Virus record (IMG/VR): IMGVR_UViG_3300034954_001721
Length of the DNA: 64,000 bases
Strand: one strand, 5' to 3'
Source of the DNA: a virus
Both the position numbers and the translations under genes were made by a program. The notes under the pieces were generated by a model. That model was not told the origin of the DNA and made no database searches. It worked only from the letters and a program-made list of their open reading frames with translations. This document shows positions 34,101-42,810 of the stretch, in pieces (positions within the stretch are counted from its first letter, which is position 1; each line of letters begins with the position of its first letter).

Positions 34101-37032
34101 TTATAGCAATCTCTTCATAGGACAAGATGCTGGTTGTTCAATGACTGGAACTTACAATATAATGTTTGGTAGATCTGCAGGAAAAACTGGTGGTAGTGGT
34201 AATTGTAATATTGGTATTGGTTTCTGTGCTTTAATGTCTGTAAATGGCGGTGGTCAAAACGTTGCTATTGGAGGATGTAAGACAGCGTTCTCAATTACTA
34301 GTGGAAATGCTAATATCGCACTTGGTGAAGAAGCACTCTGTCAAGCAACAACAGGAGATCACAATATCGCAATCGGATTTGAGGCAGGATGTGATTTAAC
34401 AACAGGGTCATGTAACATCATCATTGGTGAGAATAGTCAAGTGGCCTCTGCAACTGGTAGTAATCAGTTTATCATCGGTATGGGTGGTAATAAGTGGATC
34501 TGTGGTGACAGTTCCTATAACATCTATGATAAGGACGGTAACCAACTGAATGGTGCTGGTGGTGGAGGATCATTCTCACCAGACGCAGATGAAAACTTAA
34601 TTGCAGGTACTGCTGCTGGTGCTTCTGTTGATGGTACTAATGCATGTCATAACTTATTCTTTGGAACTTGTGCTGGTAATGCAAACGTTGCTGGTGCTAA
34701 TAGTATTTTCCTTGGTTATCAAGCTGGTCGATATACTTTAAACTCCAGTAGTTTCGCTGGTAATATTATTATCGGTGATCGTGCAGGGCAAAAATTCGGA
34801 TGTGATTCTGGTGATGATCCATACAATAACGTAATTATTGGAACTTATGCTGGAAGATGTACCGATATGAATAGTTCGGTCCTTATTGGAAATAAGGCTG
34901 GTTGTTGTGCTGGTTCTAATGGCGATCAATTCAATACTTTTGTAGGAGCATATTCGGGAGTAAAAGCAAAAGGTTCTTATAATTCTTACTTTGGATTTTC
35001 TGCTGGTCGTTGTAATAATGGTGGTAGTAGTAATGTTATGATAGGAGCCTGCGCTGGTCAAAATATGACTGGTGGTGGTGGCAATGCTTTTGTTGGTAAG
35101 TATTCGGGTCGTCAAAATACTGGTGATTATAATACTGCTTTTGGACTTAATGCACTTCAATGTAAAACTGCTGGAGATTGTAATATTGCACTGGGATATA
35201 ATGCATTTAAAGGTAGTGCTTCTTTAGGTCATAGTAATGTTGCACTTGGAGCATGTGCAGGATTCTATCAAGAAGGAGATTGTAATGTTATTATTGGTGC
35301 TGGTGTTACTAGTGCTAATAGTGTCACTGGTAGCACTCAATTAGCAATTGGTATTGGTAATACTGTATGGTTGAGAGGTGATAGTTCCTATAACATCTAC
35401 GATAAGGATGGTAACCAACTCAATGGTGGTGGAGGATCATCATTCTCACCAGATGCACAAGGAAACTTATATGCTGGTACTTGTGCTGGTGCAGCATCTG
35501 ATAATGATACTAGTTTTAATGTTGCTATTGGAGAATGTGCTGGATGTAAAAATTGTTCTGGTGATCACAATGTATTCTTAGGAACTAATGCTGGAAGATG
35601 TACTCTTGCCGCTGATAATAATGTTATTATAGGAAAATCTACAGGATGTGCGCTTACAAATGGTGATTGTAATGTTTTCCTTGGTGTATATGCAGGTAGA
35701 AATTCAACCACTGGATGTCAAAATATCTTCCTTGGTAAGTATGCTTCTGGATATGCTGATGTAACTGGTAATGATAATGTTTCTATTGGATGTTTATCTG
35801 GAGGTAATCTAACTTCCGGTAATAATAACGTATTCTTAGGAAGATATGCTGCTGGTAGTGGAACAGTAACTGGTAATCATAATATTGCAATTGGTTGTGC
35901 ATCTGGTAGATTATTAACTTCAGGAACAAGTAATGTTATTATTGGTGAAACAGCGGGATGTAGTGTGACCCAAGGTGGTTGCAACATCCTCCTTGGTTTT
36001 GCTACCGGTAGAAAAATCACAACGAGTGGTGATAATATTATGATGGGAAGAGCAGTTGCTGCTGCTTCCCAAGCAACTCCATGTGCAAATGTTGTTATGG
36101 GTCTGGAAGCTGGTTATAACATGGGCAGCGCCTGTAAAAATGTTATGATTGGACATCAAGCAGGATGTGATGTAACAGGTCATTGTAATGTTTTCTTAGG
36201 ATATGAATCTGGAGCAAATGTAACTTCTGGAGGTGACAATGTATTCTTAGGAACTAATGCTGGTAAGGGTGATAGCAGTGGTTTTACTGGAAATCATAAT
36301 GTCTTATTGGGTAAAAATACTGGTGTGTGCGCTACTTCTGCATCGTACAATATTTTCCTAGGCACTCATTCTGGTAAATGTACAACCACTGGTAGTAGTA
36401 ATGTCTTCATGGGATATTATGCAGGTACCTGCACAACATCTTCAAATGCTATTGCTATAGGTCAAGAAGCTGGTAAAGGATGTGCTGGTTCCAGTGGTGC
36501 TAGTAATATAAGTCTTGGAACTTCTGCAGGATTTGGATTATCAACTGGTGGATGTAACATTTTGATGGGTTCTTGTGCAGGTAAAACTGTTACTTCATCA
36601 TGTTATAACGTTTTTATTGGACATGAGGCTGGAAAAAGTGCTGGTGGTAATGTTACTGGTAATAAAAATGTTTCTCTTGGTTATGCAGCATCATGTAATA
36701 TTACAAGTGGAACCGAAAATGTATCTGTCGGACAAAATGCTGGAAGAGATATTTCTTCTGGATCTTATAATGTTTACCTAGGAAGTTGTGCTGGTAACAA
36801 TATTAATAGTGGTTCTCATAATGTTATGATTGGGTGTAACGTTGAAGGTGCGTCAGCAACTGGTAGTTGTCAATTTAAAATTGGTGTTGGATCTAATCAT
36901 TGGATTTGTGGTGATAGTTCCTTTAACATCTACGATAAGGATGGTAACCAAATCACTGGAGGTGGTGGCGGAGGTGCAGGATCAGGAGTATCCCAAGCAA
37001 AAGCAACAGCAATTGCAATGATATTTGGATAA
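31135..37032 (+). CDS. Giant Cys-rich repeat fibre protein (1965 aa)
   Basis: N-terminal MAIKISGSTIIDDSRN; four repeat cassettes; C-terminal AKATAIAMIFG. Confidence 0.8.
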   Translation: MAIKISGSTIIDDSRNIVNAGVVTATSFSGSGASLTAVDAATLDGVDSTSFLRSDAADSKSSGDLTFNDNIKASFGTDGDLKLYSNNVHSYISNYSGQLFIDQEVGDGYINIRNDNGSGSPTDYIVAHGGSGEVRLYHYGTQKLATKSTGVTVSGSLCATTLYGDGSNITNIAAGFSPDSQENLYAGTNAGAASDSDTCYNIALGCSAGNALNSGDYNVFLGNAAGQAVTSGTANIFLGRDAGYCTTDGGCVFAAGFYAAKCRNSNNDIFIGTYAGMGCNGATGGCNIALGYHAGNCGTTGSNSIFLGRYAGKNTTTGNYNIFFGGMAGQCNTTGTCNVAAGVFAAKCRNSSNGVFIGRYAGMGCNGATGAENIMLGNEAGKCSTTGANNVFLGSEVGKCVTTGGYNVIFGNRAAKCLTTGANNVFLGKYVAYGANVTGDDNISLGRCSGLCLTSGGYNIFFGCSAGRCMADGEYNVFIGKNAGCTNTTGSYNIAIGDAVTLPSATGSGQLEIGYSAGRWISGNSSYTVCLANSSNIKAFENGTMCATCFVGCGAGLTGIDAGFDPDADENLVAGTNAGASLDGSSGCYNVFLGLKAGNSATSGAGNVYIGCCAGESDATGIRNVAIGQGAACDFTAGNQNVFLGYGVANGNTGTIGCNVIIGDTAGCNQKQYSTIIGAKAGGENTGTNCGSTFIGHRAGYYNSADCNIAIGVDAGRRTTGDYSIAIGYYAGECVKGAYNISMGYCALKGGTGGATSTNNIAIGCEAGKGTTSGNNNIAIGAQSLSSNTTSSCSVAIGFMAGKNATGADNTFIGRYAGAGCSGSSGAYNIAIGNQALSCVGSTSSSIALGTNAGKCNIGSYNILFGGYAGRGSSTVTDNTGGGNIFVGRYSGSSITSGVCNIAIGCKALSTNAEGTHNIAIGNGAGENSMPDATCTGHCNIFIGRNAGYNANKTQYSCSNIAIGANAGYKAAYNCNVFIGNNAGKCNANYSNLFIGQDAGCSMTGTYNIMFGRSAGKTGGSGNCNIGIGFCALMSVNGGGQNVAIGGCKTAFSITSGNANIALGEEALCQATTGDHNIAIGFEAGCDLTTGSCNIIIGENSQVASATGSNQFIIGMGGNKWICGDSSYNIYDKDGNQLNGAGGGGSFSPDADENLIAGTAAGASVDGTNACHNLFFGTCAGNANVAGANSIFLGYQAGRYTLNSSSFAGNIIIGDRAGQKFGCDSGDDPYNNVIIGTYAGRCTDMNSSVLIGNKAGCCAGSNGDQFNTFVGAYSGVKAKGSYNSYFGFSAGRCNNGGSSNVMIGACAGQNMTGGGGNAFVGKYSGRQNTGDYNTAFGLNALQCKTAGDCNIALGYNAFKGSASLGHSNVALGACAGFYQEGDCNVIIGAGVTSANSVTGSTQLAIGIGNTVWLRGDSSYNIYDKDGNQLNGGGGSSFSPDAQGNLYAGTCAGAASDNDTSFNVAIGECAGCKNCSGDHNVFLGTNAGRCTLAADNNVIIGKSTGCALTNGDCNVFLGVYAGRNSTTGCQNIFLGKYASGYADVTGNDNVSIGCLSGGNLTSGNNNVFLGRYAAGSGTVTGNHNIAIGCASGRLLTSGTSNVIIGETAGCSVTQGGCNILLGFATGRKITTSGDNIMMGRAVAAASQATPCANVVMGLEAGYNMGSACKNVMIGHQAGCDVTGHCNVFLGYESGANVTSGGDNVFLGTNAGKGDSSGFTGNHNVLLGKNTGVCATSASYNIFLGTHSGKCTTTGSSNVFMGYYAGTCTTSSNAIAIGQEAGKGCAGSSGASNISLGTSAGFGLSTGGCNILMGSCAGKTVTSSCYNVFIGHEAGKSAGGNVTGNKNVSLGYAASCNITSGTENVSVGQNAGRDISSGSYNVYLGSCAGNNINSGSHNVMIGCNVEGASATGSCQFKIGVGSNHWICGDSSFNIYDKDGNQITGGGGGGAGSGVSQAKATAIAMIFG
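31665..31730 (+). repeat. 66-nt exact repeat, copy 2 (cassette head)
   Basis: Identical to 27065-27130. Confidence 0.9.
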
Positions 37033-37065
37033 TAAATAACTAAACAAATAAGAGCAAAATAAATT

Positions 37066-37428
37066 ATGGCGAATCCTAATATTGCAGGGTTATCTAACAT
37101 ATATGGAAAGGTTGCTGGGCAAGCAATAGGGACAAGTGCCGCTGCAATTGTAACTAACTCTAATTCAAGTGGAAAGATTTATAAAATAAATTCGCTGATT
37201 ATTTCAAATGTTGATGGGTCAAATTCTGCTGATGTAACTGCAACTGTATATAAAAATCAATCAACAGAATACCATTTAGTTAAAACGGTTGCAGTTCCTG
37301 CTGATGCAACTTTGGTTGTTATCTCCAAAGATACAACAATTTACTTAGAAGAAAATGATAGTATAAGACTAACTGCTAGTGCTGCTTCTGATTTGGAAGC
37401 AGTATGTTCCTGGGACGAAATTAGTTAA
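37066..37428 (+). CDS. Small virion/fibre-associated protein
   Basis: Late-promoter motif upstream; resembles 18096-18437 in size and pattern (IYLEENDSIR vs LVLESNDVLV). Confidence 0.65.
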   Translation: MANPNIAGLSNIYGKVAGQAIGTSAAAIVTNSNSSGKIYKINSLIISNVDGSNSADVTATVYKNQSTEYHLVKTVAVPADATLVVISKDTTIYLEENDSIRLTASAASDLEAVCSWDEIS

Positions 37429-37429
37429 A

Positions 37430-38299
37430 ATGGGATATTATACTTATAATTGTGGACTGATAGGCACGGGACGAAAACAAGGTGAAGGTGTTCATAACAC
37501 CGAAACTGCTTTTCATGCTGCTAGTGCTCTAGAAGATTTAAGAACCGAACTATCGAAGGTTGGCACCGCAATTCAGGGGGGAAGAACAGGATATAAACTT
37601 ACAACTAATCGTCATAATATTCAATATAATGGCGATGAAAAATATATAAGTGATGGTGGTGGGGACATGTATGATAGTGGTAATTACACTATTTGTATGA
37701 ATGAGTCTAATCCTTCATTTAGTAACTTTGGTAGTAGTGGACGTAGTAATAGTGAAGCAATAAGTTATGATGATACTTCTGTTACTACACCTAATGGTTC
37801 TGGTGTTGGTGAATATCGATATATAGCAGGGGGATGGTCTGGATCTTATCTTGATACTGAGGGTGCATTAATTGTTGCTGCTACTACAGGTAATAGTGGA
37901 CATACTTATTGTGGGTTTGCGAAAGGTGGAAACTCTGGTGCTGATGGTAGTGGTAATAAAATTCAAGTAGATCTATATAATGGAAGTGTAATATCTGGTT
38001 TTACTGTTTATGCATCATATATGGCAACAGTCAATGCTAATGATCCAAGTGTGTGTGATTTGTATATATTACTGGGACACGCTAACTGGGGAACAACATT
38101 TGGAACAATTAATAAGTATAATTATACCAACACTGGATACAATACTTCTGCTATGTGGAGTGAAAGTTCTAGTCAAAACAATGTTTTAGCAATCGCAACA
38201 TTAGCTGCAAGAACTTCTGGAAATACACCTGTGCAAAGTGAAATGGAAGGAATTGTATCTGATATTGTTGGTGATATACAATCTGAATTCTCGTACTAA
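37430..38299 (+). CDS. Virion-associated hypothetical protein
   Basis: N-terminal NCGLIG motif; ISDGGGDMYDSGN. Confidence 0.6.
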   Translation: MGYYTYNCGLIGTGRKQGEGVHNTETAFHAASALEDLRTELSKVGTAIQGGRTGYKLTTNRHNIQYNGDEKYISDGGGDMYDSGNYTICMNESNPSFSNFGSSGRSNSEAISYDDTSVTTPNGSGVGEYRYIAGGWSGSYLDTEGALIVAATTGNSGHTYCGFAKGGNSGADGSGNKIQVDLYNGSVISGFTVYASYMATVNANDPSVCDLYILLGHANWGTTFGTINKYNYTNTGYNTSAMWSESSSQNNVLAIATLAARTSGNTPVQSEMEGIVSDIVGDIQSEFSY

Positions 38300-38301
38300 A
38301 A

Positions 38302-40533
38302 ATGAAAAGAAATAGTGGAATTATAGGTGGCACAAAAGCAACTAATAGACTACAAACTTCTGGTGTTTATGAACTCTACGATTGTTATAACAGTCGTGTT
38401 GATAATTCATGGCCACGAACTAAGTATCTTTTAAGTATTAGTCCTAATGTTGCAAATCATTATGAGGGAGAAACTAAAACTTACACAATTTCTTTAGATG
38501 GATATGATTCGGGAGATAGTATCTATTATACGTATCAAAGTACGGGAGGAACTGTAAACTCTACCGATTTTGTTTCAGATTTTTCGGGATCTCTTTTAGT
38601 TGATTCTAACGGAAATGCTTCATTGCAACCACAACTTGCTAGGGATGCTGACTCTGAAGGATCAGATACGTTTAAAATTCAAATTAGAGATGGAAGCACA
38701 AGTGGAACAGTTTTGGGTGAAAGTGGAACCATCACAATACCAAATGCAACATATACACTAACTCCAAGCACTTCAACGCCAAACGAAGGTACAGCAGTTA
38801 CCATGACTCTGGCAGGAACTAATACTTATACTGGTACACATTACTACTCATTAGAAGGCACGGCTGCTAATACAACTGATATTGTTAGCAATTTAACAGG
38901 TAGTTTTTCTTTTAATGGATCATCAGGAACTTTCACTCTTTCTATAAGAGATGATTTTACTACAGAAGGTTCTGAGACTCTTACTGTAAGAGCAAGAGTT
39001 AATAGCACAACTGGACCTATTGTTGCTTCTAGTACACTTACAATACAAGATAGTTCTATTACACCAACTGCAACTATTACTCCAAGTACCACAAGTTTGA
39101 ATGAAGGATCTAGTGTTACATTTACTGTAAACACTACAAATATGACTTCTGGTACTTTAACTTATCGAGTAAGTTTGGGTGCTGATACAGAAGCATCTGA
39201 TTTAGCGTCAACATATGGAACTGTTAGTATTTCTAGTTCGACAGGTTCATTCTCAATCACTGCAACCTCTGATAGTATTACAGACTCAGGAACTGAGACT
39301 TTTACTGTTAAAATTTATAATGAACCAGACGGAAATGGTGCATTACTAGCAACCAGTTCTGCAATTACAATTAATGATACATCAACTGGTACTACAGAAC
39401 CTACGGTAGAAATATATGAAAAAACATATATTGCTCTCTGTGGATATACAAAAGAGGCAAGTACTTATAAAACAACGTATATGGTAACAAATAATGAGTT
39501 TGTGGATGTAACAGTTTATGATGACCAAACATGGACAAATGGAAGTGGAACAACAGCTCCTTTTATTGCTAAAGATTACATTTATCACAGAGGATATTCT
39601 GGACCTGGACACAGATTCAAAATTAGTGACTTAAGTCATCAAACATTTACTTCTGGAAACTATGCTTACTCGGTAAAAAGTATGGCTGGTATAAGCTCAA
39701 CTGCTTATGCGTCATATATTGCAGCACAGAACTGGTCTGGTGGTCTATACTATAATGCCTCTGCTAATACAACCAATCTTAATAATACTTTTGCAATGAC
39801 TAATTCAACACTTGTAAATGGTGTTCCAGGTACTAACAACGTTGGAATTTCTACTAATGGAAGTGGATATATGCATGGTACGGTTGGTTTAGGATCAGCA
39901 ATATATCTTGCAAAAGGATATAGTGGTAGTGGTATTTCAGCATCAAGAATGTTTAAGAGCACTGATGGTGGTGTAAATTTTACAGAAACTGCTCAACTTA
40001 CTTATTCATTTGGTGGATGTTTGGGTTCATATCCAGATTATGACGGAGGTAAGTTGTTATGGTGGTTTGGTAATAAATTAAGAACCTCATCAGATGGAAT
40101 AACTTGGTCAACAGAGGTTTCAGAAAGTGGTAATGGTATTGGTTCTCCCAGCTATAGAGATATTAGAACCCCAGTTTATAATAAGGATACCCAGAAGTTT
40201 TATCACACTAATAACAGTGTGTATAGTAGTGGTTCTAGTACTGTATATGAATCAACAAATGGTTACACTTGGACAAGTTCAGGAACTGCACAATATAGTG
40301 GAACAACTAAATCATTATTTAATGTAGTTGTTATGCCAAATGGAGATATGGTAGGAATGCATAATAATGGTAGATTCATGGAATTTTATAGATTTCCTAG
40401 AAACGGAACATCTATCACATGGAATACTACAAATCTAGTAAACAAAGTTCCGATTGCTGGAATAGGTTCTTTTATTACACGTTACTATACTAATGGAGTA
40501 TTCGGTCCTTTTGGTGCTTTTAATGGTGGATAA
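38302..40533 (+). CDS. Virion protein with three Ig/Calx-beta-like repeats and a propeller-like C-terminus
   Basis: Repeated xEG...T...D...D..TEGxETF units; STDGG and SSDGITW BNR-like motifs. Confidence 0.65.
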   Translation: MKRNSGIIGGTKATNRLQTSGVYELYDCYNSRVDNSWPRTKYLLSISPNVANHYEGETKTYTISLDGYDSGDSIYYTYQSTGGTVNSTDFVSDFSGSLLVDSNGNASLQPQLARDADSEGSDTFKIQIRDGSTSGTVLGESGTITIPNATYTLTPSTSTPNEGTAVTMTLAGTNTYTGTHYYSLEGTAANTTDIVSNLTGSFSFNGSSGTFTLSIRDDFTTEGSETLTVRARVNSTTGPIVASSTLTIQDSSITPTATITPSTTSLNEGSSVTFTVNTTNMTSGTLTYRVSLGADTEASDLASTYGTVSISSSTGSFSITATSDSITDSGTETFTVKIYNEPDGNGALLATSSAITINDTSTGTTEPTVEIYEKTYIALCGYTKEASTYKTTYMVTNNEFVDVTVYDDQTWTNGSGTTAPFIAKDYIYHRGYSGPGHRFKISDLSHQTFTSGNYAYSVKSMAGISSTAYASYIAAQNWSGGLYYNASANTTNLNNTFAMTNSTLVNGVPGTNNVGISTNGSGYMHGTVGLGSAIYLAKGYSGSGISASRMFKSTDGGVNFTETAQLTYSFGGCLGSYPDYDGGKLLWWFGNKLRTSSDGITWSTEVSESGNGIGSPSYRDIRTPVYNKDTQKFYHTNNSVYSSGSSTVYESTNGYTWTSSGTAQYSGTTKSLFNVVVMPNGDMVGMHNNGRFMEFYRFPRNGTSITWNTTNLVNKVPIAGIGSFITRYYTNGVFGPFGAFNGG

Positions 40534-40552
40534 ATAGTAAAAAAATTTAATT

Positions 40553-40696
40553 ATGGAAAAAAACGTAGAAATTTTTGTAGAAGGTAACTGGGTGACACTC
40601 AGTAAAGAAGTAACAGAACCAGAAGCTCACATCCTTTTACATACAATTGATCTTGAGTCTATTAATGCGACTGATATCAGAGCAGTTGATTGTTGA
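40553..40696 (+). CDS. Small hypothetical protein, 47 aa (not in ORF track)
   Basis: MEKNVEIFVEGNWVTLSKE...; ATAAATA upstream. Confidence 0.55.
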   Translation: MEKNVEIFVEGNWVTLSKEVTEPEAHILLHTIDLESINATDIRAVDC

Positions 40697-40709
40697 TTTA
40701 CAAATTTAA

Positions 40710-41540
40710 ATGAAGACATTTTATTTCATGGCTGGACTACCCAGATCGGGTAGTACCTTGCTTTCGTCTATCCTAAATCAAAATCCAAGATTTTATTCTG
40801 GTCCATCAAGTCCTGTGCTTGGTGCAATGTATGCACTGGAAGAGAATTTTACTTCTAATGAACTTTATACTGGATATCCAAAACCAGACCAAGTGATAGA
40901 ACTTATTGGTAGTGTCCCTCACCATTTCTACAGTGATGTAGAAAAACCTATTGTCTTTGATAAGAATCGTGCATGGACTGCAAGAGTCCCATATATTGAA
41001 CAATACATTAAACAGCAGGCAAAGATTCTTGTTCCCGTTCGTCGAGTAGATGAGATTCTCACGTCCATTCTTTCAATGATTCATCGTAATCCTTTTCAAG
41101 AAGGACAGGATAGAATTAATTTTGTTGATGAGTATTTGGTGAAAACAAATCAACCAATTAATGATTATAATCGATGTATGCATCTGTTAAATCCTGATGG
41201 TATAGTGTATGAGTCACTGAATGCAGTCAAGTTAGGACTTGAACAGAACATGCGTGACAAAATGCATTTTATAGACTATAATGATATGGTGAGTAATCCC
41301 GAGCAAGTTATGGAGGATATCTATGACTTCTTAGGAGAAGAACATTATGAGCATACATTTGATGGTCTCTCTAATACTCATAGAGAGAATGACCTTAACA
41401 CATATGGATTAGGTGATATGCATGAAGTTCGTTCTAAATTAGAAAAAACTTCTACATCGCCAGAGTCTGCACTCCCTAAAGAAATTATTGCTCTTTATGA
41501 GGAGAATAAAAAACAGATGGAGTTTTGGTTATCTAAATAG
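40710..41540 (+). CDS. Sulfotransferase family protein
   Basis: PAPS-binding loop GLPRSGSTLLSSILNQNP; DKNRAW; IYDFLGE. Confidence 0.85.
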   Translation: MKTFYFMAGLPRSGSTLLSSILNQNPRFYSGPSSPVLGAMYALEENFTSNELYTGYPKPDQVIELIGSVPHHFYSDVEKPIVFDKNRAWTARVPYIEQYIKQQAKILVPVRRVDEILTSILSMIHRNPFQEGQDRINFVDEYLVKTNQPINDYNRCMHLLNPDGIVYESLNAVKLGLEQNMRDKMHFIDYNDMVSNPEQVMEDIYDFLGEEHYEHTFDGLSNTHRENDLNTYGLGDMHEVRSKLEKTSTSPESALPKEIIALYEENKKQMEFWLSK

Positions 41541-41565
41541 AAAAGTTACGACAACACTAATAAAA

Positions 41566-41910
41566 ATGGCGATTCAACATTCAAGATCCATTGTAAATCT
41601 TGAGGTATTAAATTCTGGTGGCACCGATATTGTTTCTAGAGTAGAAGTACAATTTTCCTCTTATGATGATTCTAACCAAGAAGAGACATCTATCGAGTCT
41701 AATGAGAACTTTGAGTTGAATACTGATGGAGTTTCTAATACTGATGAAGGATTCGTTGCCTTTGCAGATTTAACAGAAGCTACAGTATTGGGTTGGCTTT
41801 CAACTTTATCTGATGTAGAAACTAGATGTCAGACAGGACATTCTGCATGGATCAATTCTGTTCTTAATCCTCCTGCTCCACCTACGGTAAGTAAAGCAAA
41901 TCCTTGGTAA
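41566..41910 (+). CDS. Small fibre-associated hypothetical protein
   Basis: FVAFADLTEATVLGW...PW; CTAAATA upstream. Confidence 0.55.
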   Translation: MAIQHSRSIVNLEVLNSGGTDIVSRVEVQFSSYDDSNQEETSIESNENFELNTDGVSNTDEGFVAFADLTEATVLGWLSTLSDVETRCQTGHSAWINSVLNPPAPPTVSKANPW

Positions 41911-41913
41911 TTT

Positions 41914-42810
41914 ATGGCAAAAACTAGTTATTCTATATTTCATGTTCAAGGTGGGTTTGGAAAACACATTGCCGCAACAGCAGTAGCCAAGTGCATCAAG
42001 AATAATCATCCAGGCAGGCAGCTTGTAGTTGTTTGTGCTTGGCCAGAAATATTTCAAAATCTCCCGTTTGTTGATAGAGTGTATCAAATTGGTAATACCA
42101 GTTACTTCTATCAAACTTATGTGGAGAATCAGGACTCTCTGATTTTTCATAATGAACCATACTATACTACAGATCATATTCATAAGAAACTACCTCTTGT
42201 GAAGTCTTGGACTAAGATGTATGATCTGAAATATCGTGGAGAAATGCCTGATATTAAGTTCAATCCTTTGCAAAGAAAATTAGCAAAAGAATTTTGGACT
42301 GGTCGTGCTAACGGTAAACCCATCATGGTTATTCAGACTAATGGTGGAATGTACAATGAACAGAGACCATATTTGTGGGCTCGTGATATGCCTGTTGTAT
42401 TAGCACAAAAGATTGTCGATCATTATGCTGATGATTATCATATCTTTCAGGTAAAGAAAGCATCTAGTGAAGCATTAGATGGAGTAGAAGTTATTCAAGA
42501 TCCCATGTCTAACATGGAACTTGTTAGTACTCTTCTTCATAGCGATAAGAGAATTCTTATTGATAGTTGCTTACAACACGCAGCAGCAGCACTCAAACTT
42601 CCTTCAGTTGTTCTGTGGAACGGAACAAGTCCAAAGGTATTTGGGTGGGATATGCACACGAATATCCAGGCAGAAAAACCTGCTAATTTTAAACTTCCAA
42701 ATAGTTATTTGTTTGACTTTGATTTCATGGGAGTGGAAGCAGAGTATCCTTATGTAGATGAGGATGAAGAAATCTTTGATTTTGATAAAATTATAGAAGC
42801 AGTTGGCTAA
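41914..42810 (+). CDS. GT9/heptosyltransferase-like glycosyltransferase (GT-B)
   Basis: QGGFGKHIAAT; LPFVDRV; IDSCLQHAAAALKLPSVVLWNGTSP matches the GT9 DSGxxHxAAA motif. Confidence 0.7.
   Translation: MAKTSYSIFHVQGGFGKHIAATAVAKCIKNNHPGRQLVVVCAWPEIFQNLPFVDRVYQIGNTSYFYQTYVENQDSLIFHNEPYYTTDHIHKKLPLVKSWTKMYDLKYRGEMPDIKFNPLQRKLAKEFWTGRANGKPIMVIQTNGGMYNEQRPYLWARDMPVVLAQKIVDHYADDYHIFQVKKASSEALDGVEVIQDPMSNMELVSTLLHSDKRILIDSCLQHAAAALKLPSVVLWNGTSPKVFGWDMHTNIQAEKPANFKLPNSYLFDFDFMGVEAEYPYVDEDEEIFDFDKIIEAVG

Noticed and set aside
25908-37032. Diversity-generating retroelement as the source of repeats or Cys enrichment
   Set aside because: No reverse transcriptase in the window, and repeat copies do not differ specifically at adenines
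25908-37032. Genetic code reassignment explaining Cys abundance
   Set aside because: TGT/TGC encode conserved Cys in petF, petE, glutaredoxin and HNH; enrichment is local to the cassettes
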